Assembly: GCA_013239625.1 (NCBI GenBank)
Contig: MU054187.1
Span: 6,211,757 to 6,275,756, forward strand
Source of the DNA: Lama guanicoe
Lineage: Eukaryota
Length of the DNA stretch: 64,000 nt
Reading direction: 5' to 3'
Shown: piece after piece, positions 63,570-64,000 of the stretch
Layout: the number at the start of each line of letters is the position of its first letter
Position numbering within the stretch: position 1 is the first letter of the stretch
The notes under the pieces: model-generated
Seen by the model: only the letters and a program-made list of their open reading frames with translations
Databases searched by the model: none
Told to the model about the DNA's origin: nothing
Program-made: the position numbers and the translations under genes

Positions 63570-63609
63570 TTTTTTTTGTGTGTATATACATTTTTATTGA
63601 AGTATAGTC
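63570..63609 (-). mobile_element. Ultra-short 5'-truncated L1 insertion with TSD
   Basis: acatttttattgaagtatagtc is the extreme L1 3' end (compare 1955-1975); flanked by tgcaagat at 63562-63569 and 63610-63617. Confidence 0.7.
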
Positions 63610-63629
63610 TGCAAGATCTTTTTAAAAAT

Positions 63630-64000
63630 CAAAATTGTACATGCGTGAGTTTAAAGGGTCAACCAGTACTGTGAGGTTTGTTAGAAAAAAAACAAAAACC
63701 AACCCCCAAACCGGGAGTCTCGAGCCCCTTCCCCTCCACTTCTTCTTACTAGGGGCGCTCACGTGGAGCTATGTTGATAGAATCCTTTTGTGTTTATTTC
63801 TGTGTTTCTATTTAATAGGATTACATTGCCGCTTTTTAATTTTTCAGTTTCAGGCATTTAGGATTTAGCTTTCTTTCCTCTTCCTCCCTTGACACAACAA
63901 ACATTTCCCATCCCCAACTTCCCTGTGGAGTTCGTATTATAATTTTGATTAAGTGAATATTCAGAGTATGTTATTCAAAGCTGAGCCACATGCTAACTAC
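63630..64000 (-). mobile_element. HAL1-like 3' region
   Basis: tacatgcgtgagtttaaagggtcaa...ttttcagtttcaggcatt...aggatttagct...ataattttgattaagtgaatattcag...gctgagcca follows the HAL1 3' end as I recall it. Confidence 0.65.

Overview
Mammalian genomic DNA, most likely camelid. This rests on two tRNA-derived Vic-1-like SINEs and artiodactyl-type L1 3' ends, all identified by eye and not by database search. I recognise no host protein-coding gene. The only ORFs with recognisable homology are decayed LINE-1 ORF2/ORF1 fragments; the long ORFs in GC-rich areas look like composition artefacts. The window is a mosaic of interspersed repeats (L1, HAL1, L2, L3/CR1, MIR, MamSINE1, MaLR LTRs, hAT/Tigger MITEs), microsatellites and several multi-kb repeat-poor blocks. 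It has a strong CpG island (~17.6-19.1 kb) and weaker CpG-rich patches (~29.8-30.2 kb, ~60.3-60.7 kb), so it reads as an intronic/intergenic regulatory landscape. Best leads: (1) a dense DR1/DR5/DR1 nuclear-receptor element beside the CpG island; (2) a chain of well-formed minus-strand splice sites at 0.5-7.4 kb with a duplicated 21-mer, suggesting an unannotated spliced transcript or decayed gene; (3) a head-to-head SINE pair; (4) a G-quadruplex-containing 42-bp tandem duplication; (5) an ultra-short L1 insertion with TSD. I found no convincing evidence of a new biological system. Repeat subfamily names and boundaries are approximate.
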